Below are positions 1-13,600 of a stretch of 64,000 nt of DNA, piece by piece. The position numbers were made by a program, and so were the translations under genes. Every line of letters starts with the position of its first letter. The stretch's first letter is position 1. The stretch lies in contig OZ024742.1 of the NCBI GenBank assembly GCA_964016885.1, positions 44,888,001-44,952,000 on the forward strand, read 5' to 3'. The notes under the pieces are model-generated. The model had not been told where the DNA came from, searched no databases, and saw only the letters and a list, made by a program, of their open reading frames with translations. The DNA is from Eledone cirrhosa (taxonomy: Eukaryota).

Positions 1-1430
1 GCCCCATGACTCCTTCATGTGTTATATGGCCAAAACATGCTGTATGTCACTATAGCACACCTATGACTCCATCATGTGTTATATGGCCAAAACATGCTGT
101 ATGTCACTATAGCACCCCTTAGACTCCATCATGTGTTATATGGCCAAAACATGCTGTGTGTCACTATAGCACCCCTATGACTCCATCAGATATTATATGG
201 CCAAAACATGCTGTATGTCACTATAGCACCCCTAAGACTCAATCATGTGTTATATGGCCAAAACATGGTGTATGTCACTATAGCAGCCCTATGACTCAAT
301 CATGTGTTATATGCCCAAAACATGCTGTATGTCACTATAGCAGCCCTATGACTCAATTATGTTTTATATGGCCAAAACATGCTGTATGTCACTATAGCAC
401 CCCTATGACTCAATCATGTGTTATATGGCCAAAACATGCTGTATGTCACTATAGCACCCCTATGACGCAATCATGTGTTATATGGCCAAAACATGCTGTA
501 TGTCACTATAGCACCCCTAAGACTTCATCATGTGTTATATGACCAAAACATGCTGTATGTCACTATAGCACCCCTAAGACTCCATCATGTGTTATATGCC
601 CAAAACATGCTGTATGTCACTATAGCACCCCTAAGACTCCATCATGTGTTATATGGCCAAAACATGCTGTATGTCCCTATAGCAGCCCCAAGGCTCCATC
701 ATGTGTTGTATGGGCAAAACATGCTGTATGTCACTATAGCACCCCTCAGACTCCATCATGTGTTATATGGCCAAAACATGCTGTATGTCACTATAGCACC
801 CCTATGACTCAATCATGTGTTATATGGCCAAAACATGCTGTATATCACTATAGCACCCCTATGACTCAATCATGTGTTATATGGCCAAAACATGCTGTAT
901 GTCACTATAGCACCCCTAAGACTCCATCATGTGTTATATGGCCAAAACATGCTGTATGTCACTATAGCACCCCTAAGACTCCATCATGTGTTATATGACC
1001 AAAACATGCTGTATGTCACTATAGCAGCCCTATGACTCAATCATGTGTTACATGGCCCAAACATGCTGTATGTCACTATAGCACCCCTAAGATGCCATCA
1101 TCTGTTATATGGCCAAAACATGCTGTATGTCACTATAGCAGCCCTATGACTCAATCATGTGTTATATGACCAAAACATGGTGTATGTCACTATAGCAGCC
1201 CTATGACTCCATCAGATGTTATATGGCCAAAACATGCTGTATGTCACTATAGCAGCCCTATGACTCAATCATGTGTTACATGGCCCAAACATGCTGTATG
1301 TCACTATAGCAGCCCCATGACTCCTTCATGTGTTATATGGCCAAAACATGCTGTATGTCACTATAGCACACCTATGACTCAATCATGTGTTATATGGCCA
1401 AAACATGCTGTATGTCACTATAGCACCCCT
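1..1430 (+). repeat. Block of ~25 monomers duplicated at 17329-~18760 (offset 17,328 = 304 x 57)
   Basis: Near-identical ORF-track translations at 156/17484, 475/17803, 804/18132 and 1203/18531, all offset 17,328. Shared rare variants include gccccaaggctcc, acgcaa and gatgccatcatct. Confidence 0.9.
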
Positions 1431-2456
1431 TAGACTCCATCATGTGTTATATGGCCAAAACATGCTGTATGTCACTATAGCAGCCCTATGACTCAATCAT
1501 GTGTTATATGGCCAAAACATGCTGTATGTCACTATAGCACCCCTATGACTCAATCATGTGTTATATGGCCAAAACATGCTGTATGTCACTATAGCACCCC
1601 TATGACTCAATCATGTGTTATATGGCCAAAACATGCTGTATGTCACTATAGCACCCCTAAGACTCCATCATGTGTTATATGGGCAAAACAAGCTGTAAGT
1701 CACTATAGCACCCCTAAGACTCCATCATGTGTTATATGCCCAAAACATGCTGTGTGTCACTATAGCACCCCTATGACTCAATCATGTGTTATATGGCCAA
1801 AACATGCTGTGTGTCACTATAGCACCCCTATGACTCAATCATGTGTTATATGGCCAAAACATGCTGTGTGTCACTATAGCACCCCTATGACTCAATCGTG
1901 TGTTATATGGCCAAAACATGCTGTATGTCACTATAGCACCTCTAAGACTCGATCATGTGTTATATGGCCAAAACATGCTGTATGTCACTATAGCAGCCCT
2001 ATGACTCAATCATGTGTTATATGGCCAAAACATGCTGTATGTCACTATAGCACCCCTATGACTCAATCATGTGTTATATGGCCAAAACATGCTGTATGAC
2101 ACTATAGCAGCCCTATGACTCAATCATGTGTTATATGGCCAAAACATGCTGTATGTCACTATAGCACCCCTAAGACTCCATCATGTGTTATATGGCCAAA
2201 ACATGCTGTATGTCACTAGAGCACCCCTATGACTCAATCATGTGTTATATGACCAAAACATGCTGTATGTCACTATAGCACCCCTAAGACTTCATCATGT
2301 GTTATATGACCAAAACATGCTGTATGTCACTATAGCACCCCTAAGACTCCATCATGTGTTATATGCCCAAAACATGCTGTATGTCACTATAGCACCCCTA
2401 AGACTCCATCATGTGTTATATGGCCAAAACATGCTGTATGTCCCTATAGCAGCCCC

Positions 2457-3050
2457 ATGACTCCATCATGTGTTGTATGGGCAAAACATGCTGTATGTCA
2501 CTATAGCACCCCTAAGACTCCATCATGTGTTATATGGCCAAAACATGCTGTATGTCACTATAGCACCCCTATGACTCAATCATGTGTTATATGGCCAAAA
2601 CATGCTGTATATCACTATAGCACCCCTATGACGCAATCATGTGTTATATGCCCAAAACATGCTGTATGTCACTATAGCACCCCTAAGACTCCATCATGTG
2701 TTATATGGCCAAAACATGCTGTATGTCACTATAGCACCCCTAAGACTCCATCATGTGTTGTATGGGCAAAACATGCTGTATGTCACTATAGCACCCCTAA
2801 GACTCCATCATGTGTTATATGGCCAAAACATGCTGTATGTCACTATAGCACCCCTATGACTCAATCATGTGTTATATGGCCAAAACATGCTGTATATCAC
2901 TATAGCACCCCTATGACGCAATCATGTGTTATATGCCCAAAACATGCTGTATGTCACTATAGCACCCCTAAGACTCCATCATGTGTTATATGGCCAAAAC
3001 ATGCTGTATGTCACTATAGCACCCCTAAGACTCCATCATGTGTTATATGA
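2457..3050 (+). repeat. Tandem 5-monomer (285-bp) duplication
   Basis: Rare variant acgcaa at 2631 and 2916; gttgtatgggc and gtatatcac also repeat at the same 285-bp offset. Confidence 0.9.
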
Positions 3051-4679
3051 CCAAAACATGCTGTATGTCACTATAGCACCCCTATGACTCAATCATGTGT
3101 TACATGGCCCAAACATGCTGTATGTCACTATAGCAGCCCCATGACTCCTTCATGTGTTATATGGCCAAAACATACTGTATGTCACTATAGCACACCTATG
3201 ACTCCATCATGTGTTATATGGCCAAAACATGCTGTATGTCACTATAGCACACCTATGACTCCATCATGTGTTATATGGCCAAAACATGCTGTATGTCACT
3301 ATAGCACCCCTATGACTCAATCATGTGTTATATGACCAAAACATGCTGTATGTCACTATAGCACCCCTATGACTCAATCATGTGTTATATGGCCAAAACA
3401 TGCTGTATGTCACTATAGCAGCCCTATGACTCAATCATGTGTTATATGGCCAAAACATGCTGTATGTCACTATAGCACCCCTAAGACTCCATCATGTGTT
3501 ATATGGCCAAAACATGCTGTATGTCACTATAGCACCCCTATGACTCAATCATGTGTTATATGGCCAAAACATGCTGTATGTCACTATAGCAGCCCTATGA
3601 CTCCATCATGTGTTATATGGCCAAAACATGCTGTATGTCACTATAGCACCCCTATGACTCAATCATGTGTTATATGGCCAAAACATGCTGTATGTCACTA
3701 TAGCACCCCTATGACTCAATCATGTGTTATATGACCAAAACATGCTGTATGTCACTATAGCACCCCTATGACTCCATCAGATATTATATGGCCAAAACAT
3801 GCTATATGTCACTATAGCAGCCCTATGACTCAATCATGTGTTATGTGGCCAAAACATGCTGTATGTCACTATAGCAGCCCTATGACTCAATCATGTGTTA
3901 TGTGGCCAAAACATGCTGTATGTCACTATAGCACCCCTATGACTCAATCATGTGTTATGTAGCCAAAACATGCTGTATGTCACTATAGCAGCCCTATGAC
4001 TCCATCAGATGTTATATGGCCAAAACATGCTGTATGTCACTATAGCACCCCTAAGACTGCATCATGTGTTATATGACGAAAACATGCTGTATATCACTAT
4101 AGCAGCCCTATGACTCAATCATGTGTTATATGGCCAAAACATGCTGTATGTCACTATAGCACCCCTATGACTCAATCATGTGTTATATGCCCAAAACATG
4201 CTGTATGTCACTATAGCGCCCCTAAGACTCCATCATGTGTTATATGGCCAATACATGCTGTATGTCACTATAGCACCCCTAAGACTCCATCATGTGTTAT
4301 ATGGCCAAAACATGCTGTATGTCACTATAGCACCCGTATGATTCAATCATGTGTTATATGGCCAAAACATGCTGTATGTCACTATAGCACCCGTATGATT
4401 CAATCATGTGTTATATGGCCAAAACATGCTGTATGTCACTATAGCACCCCTAAGACTCCATCATGTGTTATATGGCCAAAACATGCTGTATGTCACTATA
4501 GCAGCCCTATGACTCCATCATATGTTATATGACCAAAACATGGTGTATGTCACTATAGCACCCCTATGACTCTATCAGATGTTATATGGCCAAAACATGC
4601 TGTATGTCACTATAGCAGCCCTATGACTCCATCATGTGTTATATGGCCAAAACATGCTGTATGTCACTATAGCACCCCT

Positions 4680-6220
4680 ATGACTCAATCATGTGTTATG
4701 TGGCCAAAACATGCTGTATGTCACTATAGCAGCCCTATGACTCAATCATGTGTTATATGCCCAAAACATGTTGTATGTCACTATAACACCCCTAAGACTC
4801 CATCATGTGTTATATGGGCAAAACATGCTGTATGTCACTATAGCACCCCTAAGATTCCATCATGTGTTATATGGCCAAAACATGCTGTATGTCACTATAG
4901 CACCGCTATGACTCAATCATGTGTTATATGGCCAAAACATGCTGTATGTCACTATAGCACCCCTATGACTCAATCATGTGTTATATGGCCAAAACATGCT
5001 GTATGCCACTATAGCACCCCTATGACTCAATCATGTGTTATATGTCCAAAACATGCTGTATGTCACTATAGCACCCCTATGACTCAATCGTGTGTTATAT
5101 GGCCAAAACATGCTGTATGTCACTATAGCACCTCTAAGACTCGATCATGTGTTATATGGCCAAAACATGCTGTATGTCACTATAGCAGCCCTATGACTCA
5201 ATCATGTGTTATATGGCCAAAACATGCTGTATGTCACTATAGCAGCCCTATGACTACATCATGTGTTATATGGCCAAAACATGCTGTATGTCACTATAGC
5301 ACCCCTAAGACTCCATCATGTGTTATATGGCCAAAACATGCTGTATGTCACTATAGCAGACCTATGACTCAATCATGTGTTATATGACCAAAACATGCTG
5401 TATGTCACTATAGCAGCCCTAAGACTCGATCATGTGTTATATGGCCAAAACATGCTGTATGTCACTATAGCACCCCTATGACTCCATCAGATATTATATG
5501 GCCAAAACATGCTGTATGTCACTATAGCACCCCTATGACTCAATCATGTGTTATGTGGCCAAAACATGCTGTATGTCACTATAGCAGCCCTATGACTCAA
5601 TCATGTGTTATATGCCCAAAACATGTTGTATGTCACTATAACACCCCTAAGACTCCATCATGTGTTATATGGGCAAAACATGCTGTATGTCACTATAGCA
5701 CCCCTAAGACTCCATCATGTGTTATATGGCCAAAACATGCTGTATGTCACTATAGCACCCCTATGACTCAATCATGTGTTATATGGCCAAAACATGCTGT
5801 ATGTCACTATAGCACCCCTATGACTCAATCATGTGTTATATGGCCAAAACATGCTGTATGCCACTATAGCACCCCTATGACTCAATCATGTGTTATATGT
5901 CCAAAACATGCTGTATGTCACTATAGCACCCCTATGACTCAATCATGTGTTATATGGCCAAAACATGCTGTATGTCACTATAGCACCTCTAAGACTCGAT
6001 CATGTGTTATATGGCCAAAACATGCTGTATGTCACTATAGCAGCCCTATGACTCAATCATGTGTTATATGGCCAAAACATGCTGTATGTCACTATAGCAG
6101 CCCTATGACTACATCATGTGTTATATGGCCAAAACATGCTGTATGTCACTATAGCACCCCTAAGACTCCATCATGTGTTATATGGCCAAAACATGCTGTA
6201 TGTCACTATAGCACCCCTAT
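4680..6220 (+). repeat. Tandem 15-monomer (855-bp) HOR duplication
   Basis: catgttgta...tataacacc at 4771 and 5626; tgccact, gactcgatc and gactacatc repeat at the same 855-bp offset. Confidence 0.88.
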
Positions 6221-9200
6221 GACTCCATCAGATATTATATGGCCAAAACATGCTGTATGTCACTATAGCAGCCCTATGACTCAATCGTGTGTTATATGCC
6301 CAAGACATGCTGTATGTCACTATAGCAGCCCTATGACTCCATCAGATGTTATATGGCCAAAACATGCTGTATGTCACTATAGCACCCCTAAGACTCCATC
6401 ATGTGTTATATGACCAAAACATGCTGTATGTCACTATAGCACCCCTAAGACTGCATCATGTGTTATATGACCAAAACATGCTGTATGTCACTATAGCAGC
6501 CCTATGACTCTATCATGTGTTATATGGCCAAAACATGCTGTATGTCACTATAGCACCCCTGTGACTCAATCATGTGTTATATGGCCAAAATATGCTGTAT
6601 GTCACTATAGCACCCCTATGACTCAATCTTGTGTTATATGGCCAAAACATGCTGTATGTCACTATAGCACCCCTAAGACTCCATCATGTGTTATATGGCC
6701 AAAACATGCTGTATGTCACTATAGCACCGCTATGACACAATCATGTGTTATATGGCCAAAAAATGCTGTATGTCACTATAGCACCCCTAAGACTCCATCA
6801 TGTGTTATATGACCAAAACATGCTGTATGTCACTATAGCACCCCTAAGACTCCATCATGTGTTATATGCCCAAAACATGCTGTATGTCACTATAGCACCC
6901 CTAAGATTCCATCATGTGTTATATGACCAAAACATGCTGTATGTCACTATAGCACCCCTATGACTCCATCAGATGTTATATGGCCAAAACATGCTGTATG
7001 TCACTATAGCAGCCCTATGACTCAATCATGTGTTACATGGCCCAAACATGCTGTATGTCACTATAGCAGCCCTATGACTCCATCATGTGTCATATGGCCA
7101 AAACATGCTGTATGTCACTATAGCACCCCTATCACTCCATCATGTGTTATATGGCCAAAACATGCTGTATGTCACTATAGCACCCCTTAGACTCCATCAT
7201 GTGTTATATGGCCAAAACATGCTGTATGTCACTATAGCAGCCCTATGACTCAATCATGTGTTATATGGCCAAAACATGCTGTATGTCACTATAGCACCCG
7301 TATGACTCAATCATGTGTTATATGGCCAAAACATGCTGTATGTCACTATAGCACCCCTATGACACAATCATGTGTTATATGGCCAAAACATGCTGTATGT
7401 CACTATAGAACCCCTATGACTCAATCATGTGTTATGTGGCCAAAACATGCTGTATGTCACTATAGCACCCCTAAGACTCCATCATGTGTTATATGGGCAA
7501 AACATGCTGTAAGTCACTATAGCACCCCTAAGACTCCATCATGTGTTATATGGCCAAAACATGCTGTATGTCACTATAGCACCCCTATGACTCCATCAGA
7601 TAATATATGGCCAAAACATGCTGCATGTCACTATAGCAGGCCTATGACTCAATCATGTGTTATATGGCCAAAACATGCTGTATGTCACTATAGCACCCCT
7701 AAGACTTCATCATGTGTTATATGACCAAACCATGCTGTATGTCACTATAGCACCCCTAAGACTCCATCATGTGTTATATGCCCAAAACATGCTGTATGTC
7801 ACTATAGCACCCCTAAAACTCCATCATGTGTTATAGGGCCAAAACATGCTGTATGTCACTATAGCAGCCCTATGACTCCATCATGCGTTATATGGCCAAA
7901 ACATGCTGTTTGTCACTATAGCACCCCTATGACTCCATCATGTGTTATATGGCCAAAACATGCTGTATGTCACTATAGCACCCTTAAGACTCCATCATGT
8001 GTTATATGGCCAAAACATGCTGTATGTCACTATAGCAGCCCTATGACTCAATCATGTGTTATATGGCCAAAACATGCTGTATGTCACTATAGCACCCCTA
8101 AGACTCCATCATGTGTTATATGGCCAAAACATGCTGTATGTCACTATAGCACCCCTATGACTCAATCATGTGTTATATGGCCAAAACATGCTGTATGTCA
8201 CTATAGCAGCCCTATGACTCAATCATGTGTTATATGCCCAAAACATGTTGTATGTCACTATAACACCCCTAAGACTCCATCATGTGTTATATGGGCAAAA
8301 CATGCTGTATGTCACTATAGCACCCCTAAGACTCCATCATGTGTTATATGGCCAAAACATGCTGTATGTCACTATAGCACCCCTATGACTCAATCATGTG
8401 TTATATGGCCAAAACATGCTGTATGTCACTATAGCACCCCTATGACTCAATCATGTGTTATATGGCCAAAACATGCTGTATGCCACTATAGCACCCCTAT
8501 GACTCAATCATGTGTTATATGTCCAAAACATGCTGTATGTCACTATAGCACCCCTATGACTCAATCATGTGTTATATGGCCAAAACATGCTGTATGTCAC
8601 TATAGCACCTCTAAGACTCGATCATGTGTTATATGGCCAAAACATGCTGTATGTCACTATAGCAGCCCTATGACTCAATCATGTGTTATATGGCCAAAAC
8701 ATGCTGTATGTCACTATAGCAGCCCTATGACTACATCATGTGTTATATGGCCAAAACATGCTGTATGTCACTATAGCACCCCTATGACTCCATCAGATAT
8801 TATATGGCCAAAACATGCTGTATGTCACTATAGCAGCCCTATGACTCAATCGTGTGTTATATGCCCAAGACATGCTGTATGTCACTATAGCAGCCCTATG
8901 ACTCCATCAGATGTTATATGGCCAAAACATGCTGTATGTCACTATAGCACCCCTAAGACTCCATCATGTGTTATATGACCAAAACATGCTGTATGTCACT
9001 ATAGCACCCCTAAGACTGCATCATGTGTTATATGACCAAAACATGCTGTATGTCACTATAGCAGCCCTATGACTCTATCATGTGTTATATGGCCAAAACA
9101 TGCTGTATGTTACTATAGCACCCCTGTGACTCAATCATGTGTTATATGGCCAAAACATGCTGTATGTCACTATAGCACCGCTATGACACAATCATGTGTT

Positions 9201-10610
9201 ATATGGCCAAAAAATGCTGTATGTCACTATAGCACCCCTAAGACTCCATCATGTGTTATATGACCAAAACATGCTGTATGTCACTATAGCACCCCTAAGA
9301 CTCCATCATGTGTTATATGCCCAAAACATGCTGTATGTCACTATAGCACCCCTAAGATTCCATCATGTGTTATATGACCAAAACATGCTGCATGTCACTA
9401 TAGCACCCCTATGACTCCATCAGATGTTATATGGCCAAAACATGCTGTATGTCACTATAGCAGCCCTATGAATCAATCATGTGTTACATGGCCCAAACAT
9501 GCTGTATGTCACTATAGCAGCCCTATGACTCCATCATGTGTTATATGGCCAAAACATGCTGTATGTCACTATAGCACCCCTATGACTCCATCATGTGTTA
9601 TATGGCCAAAACATGCTGTATGTCACTATAGCACCCCTTAGACTCCATCATGTGTTATATGGCCAAAACATGCTGTATGTCACTATAGCACCCGTATGAC
9701 TCAATCATGTGTTATATGGCCAAAACATGCTGTATGTCACTATAGCACCCCTATGACACAATCATGTGTTATATGGCCAAAACATGCTGTATGTCACTAT
9801 AGAACCCCTATGACTCAATCATGTGTTATGTGGCCAAAACATGCTGTATGTCACTATAGCACCCCTAAGACTCCATCATGTGTTATATGGGCAAAACATG
9901 CTGTAAGTCACTATAGCACCCCTAAGACTCCATCATGTGTTATATGGCCAAAACATGCTGTATGTCACTATAGCACCCCTATGACTCCATCAGATAATAT
10001 ATGGCCAAAACATGCTGTATGTCACTATAGCAGGCCTATGACTCAATCATGTGTTATATGGCCAAAACATGCTGTATGTCACTATAGCACCCCTAAGACT
10101 TCATCATGTGTTATATGACCAAACCATGCTGTATGTCACTATAGCACCCCTAAGACTCCATCATGTGTTATATGCCCAAAACATGCTGTATGTCACTATA
10201 GCACCCCTAAGACTCCATCATGTGTTATAGGGCCAAAACATGCTGTATGTCACTATAGCAGCCCTATGACTCCATCATGCGTTATATGGCCAAAACATGC
10301 TGTATGTCACTATAGCACCCCTATGACTCCATCATGTGTTATATGGCCAAAACATGCTGTATGTCACTATAGCACCCTTAAGACTCCATCATGTGTTATA
10401 TGGCCAAAACATGCTGTATGTCACTATAGCAGCCCTATGACTCAATCATGTGTTATATGGCCAAAACATGCTGTATGTCACTATAGCACCACTAAGACTC
10501 CATCATGTGTTATATGGCCAAAACATGCTGTATGTCACTATAGCACCCCTATGACTCAATCATGTGTTATATGGCCAAAACATGCTGTATGTCACTATAG
10601 CACCCCTAAG
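5592..10610 (+). repeat. Tandem duplication of a ~46-monomer block; the second copy is four whole monomers shorter
   Basis: The offset shrinks in 57-bp steps: 2622 (5626/8248), 2565 (6504/9069), 2451 (6960/9411), 2394 (7872/10266). Shared rare variants include cccaagac, cagataat, agcaggcc, aaaccatg and atagggcc. Confidence 0.9.
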
Positions 10611-13600
10611 ATTCCATCATGTGTTGTATGGGCAAAACATGCTGTATGTCACTATAGCACCCCTAAGACTCCATCATGTGTTATATGACCAAAACATGCT
10701 GTATGTCACTATAGCACCCCTAAGACTCAATCATGTGTTATATGGCCAAAACATGCTGTATGTCACTATAGCACCCCTAAGACTCCATCATGTGTTATAT
10801 GACCAAAACATGCTGTATGTCACTATAGCACCCCTAAGACTCCATCATGTGTTATATGGCCAAAACATGCTGTGTGTCACTATAGCACCCCTATGACTCC
10901 ATCAGATATTATATGGCCAAAACATGCTGTATGTCACTATAGCACTTCTATGACTCCATCATGTGTTATATGACCAAAACATGGTGTATGTCACTATAGC
11001 AGCCCTATGACTCAAACATGTGTTATATGACCAAAACATGCTGTATGTCACTATAGCACCCCTATGATTCCATCAGATATTATATGGCCAAAACATGCTG
11101 TATGTCACTATAGCAGCCCTATGACTCAATCATGTGTTATATGGCCAAAACATGCTGTATGTCACCATAGCAGCCCTATGACTCCATCATGTGTTATATG
11201 GCCAAAACATGCTGTATGTCACTATAGCACCTCTATGACTCCATCATGTGTTATATGGCCAAAACATGCTGTATGTCACTATAGCACCCCTAAGACTCCA
11301 TCACGTGTTATATGGCCAAAACATGCTGTGTGTCACTATAGCACCCCTATGACTCCATCAGATATTATATGGCCAAAACATGCTGTATGTCACTATAGCA
11401 CCCCTATGACTCAATCATGTGTTATATGGCCAAAACATGCTGTATGTCACTATAGCACCCCTATGACTCAATCATGTGTTATATGACCAAAACATGCTGT
11501 ATGTCACTATAGCAGCCCTATGACTCAATCATGTTTTATATGGCCAAAACATGCTGTATGTCACTATAGCACCCCTATGACTCAATCATGTGTTATATGG
11601 CCAAAACATGCTGTATGTCACTATAGCACCCCTATGACGCAATCATGTGTTATATGGCCAAAACATGCTGTATGTCACTATAGCACCCCTAAGACTTCAT
11701 CATGTGTTATATGACCAAAACATGCTGTATGTCACTATAGCACCCCTAAGACTCCATCATGTGTTATATGCCCAAAACATGCTGTATGTCACTATAGCAC
11801 CCCTAAGACTCCATCATGTGTTATATGGCCAAAACATGCTGTATGTCCCTATAGCAGCCCCAAGGCTCCATCATGTGTTGTATGGGCAAAACATGCTGTA
11901 TGTCACTATAGCACCCCTAAGACTCCATCATGTGTTATATGGCCAAAACATGCTGTATGTCACTATAGCACCCCTATGACTCAATCATGTGTTATATGCC
12001 CAAAACATGCTGTATGTCACTATAGCACCCCTAAGACTCCATCATGTGTTATATGGCCAAAACATGCTGTATGTCACTATAGCACCCCTAAGACTCCATC
12101 ATGTGTTATATGACCAAAACATGCTGTATGTCACTATAACAGCCCTATGACTCAATCATGTGTTACATGGCCCAAACATGCTGTATGTCACTATAGCAGC
12201 CCCATGACTCCTTCATGTGTTATATGGCCAAAACATGCTGTATGTCACTATAGCACACCTATGACTCCATCATGTGTTATATGGCCAAAACATGCTGTAT
12301 GTCACTATAGCACACCTATGACTCCATCATGTGTTATATGGCCAAAACATGCTGTATGTCACTATAGCACCCCTAAGATGCCATCATCTGTTATATGGCC
12401 AAAACATGCTGTATGTCACTATAGCAGCCCTATGACTCAATCATGTGTTATATGACCAAAACATGGTGTATGTCACTATAGCACCCCTATGACTCCATCA
12501 GATGTTATATGGCCAAAACATGCTGTATGTCACTATAGCAGCCCTATGACTCAATCATGTGTTACATGGGCCAAACATGCTGTATGTCACTATAGCAGCC
12601 CCATGACTCCTTCATGTGTTATATGGCCAAAACATGCTGTATGTCACTATAGCACACCTATGACTCCATCATGTGTTATATGGCCAAAACATGCTGTATG
12701 TCACTATAGCACCCCTTAGACTCCATCATGTGTTATATGGCCAAAACATGCTGTATGTCACTAGAGCACCCCTATGACTCAATCATGTGTTATATGGCCA
12801 AAACATGCTGTATGTCACTATAGCACCCCTATGACTCAATCATGTGTTATATGGCCAAAACATGCTGTATGTCACTATAGCACCCCTATGACTCAATCAT
12901 GTGTTATGTGGCCAAAACATGCTGTATGTCACTATAGCACCCCTAAGACTCCATCATGTGTTATATGGGCAAAACAAGCTGTAAGTCACTATAGCACCCC
13001 TAAGACTCCATCATGTGTTATATGGCCAAAACATGCTGTGTGTCACTATAGCACCCCTATGACTCCATCAGATATTATATGGCCAAAACATGCTGTATGT
13101 CACTATAGCAGCCCTATGACTCAATCATGTGTTATATGGCCAAAACATGCTGTATGTCACTATAGCACCCCTATGACGCAATCATGTGTTATATGGCCAA
13201 AACATGCTGTATGTCACTATAGCACCCCTAAGACTTCATCATGTGTTATATGACCAAAACATGCTGTATGTCACTATAGCACCCCTAAGACTCCATCATG
13301 TGTTATATGCCCAAAACATGCTGTATGTCACTATAGCACCCCTAAGACTCCATCATGTGTTATATGGCCAAAACATGCTGTATGTCCCTATAGCAGCCCC
13401 ATGACTCCATCATGTGTTGTATGGGCAAAACATGCTGTATGTCACTATAGCACCCCTAAGACTCCATCATGTGTTATATGGCCAAAACATGCTGTATGTC
13501 ACTATAGCACCCCTAAGACTCCATCATGTGTTATATGGCCAAAACATGCTGTATGTCAATATAGCACCCCTATGATTCAATCATATGTTATATGGCCAAA

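Noticed and set aside
1-171. Relationship to 171-bp primate alpha satellite (3 x 57 = 171)
   Set aside because: There is no recognisable alpha-satellite sequence or CENP-B box, and no consistent trimer periodicity among the variants. It is a length coincidence only.
2097-2107. Phage promoter-like sequence: TCACTATAG (T7 3' half) in each monomer and TGACACTATAG (SP6 3' part) here
   Set aside because: The upstream specificity regions (TAATACGAC, ATTTAGG) are absent, and the SP6-like match is a single point variant. Natural divergence and HORs argue against a vector or synthetic origin.
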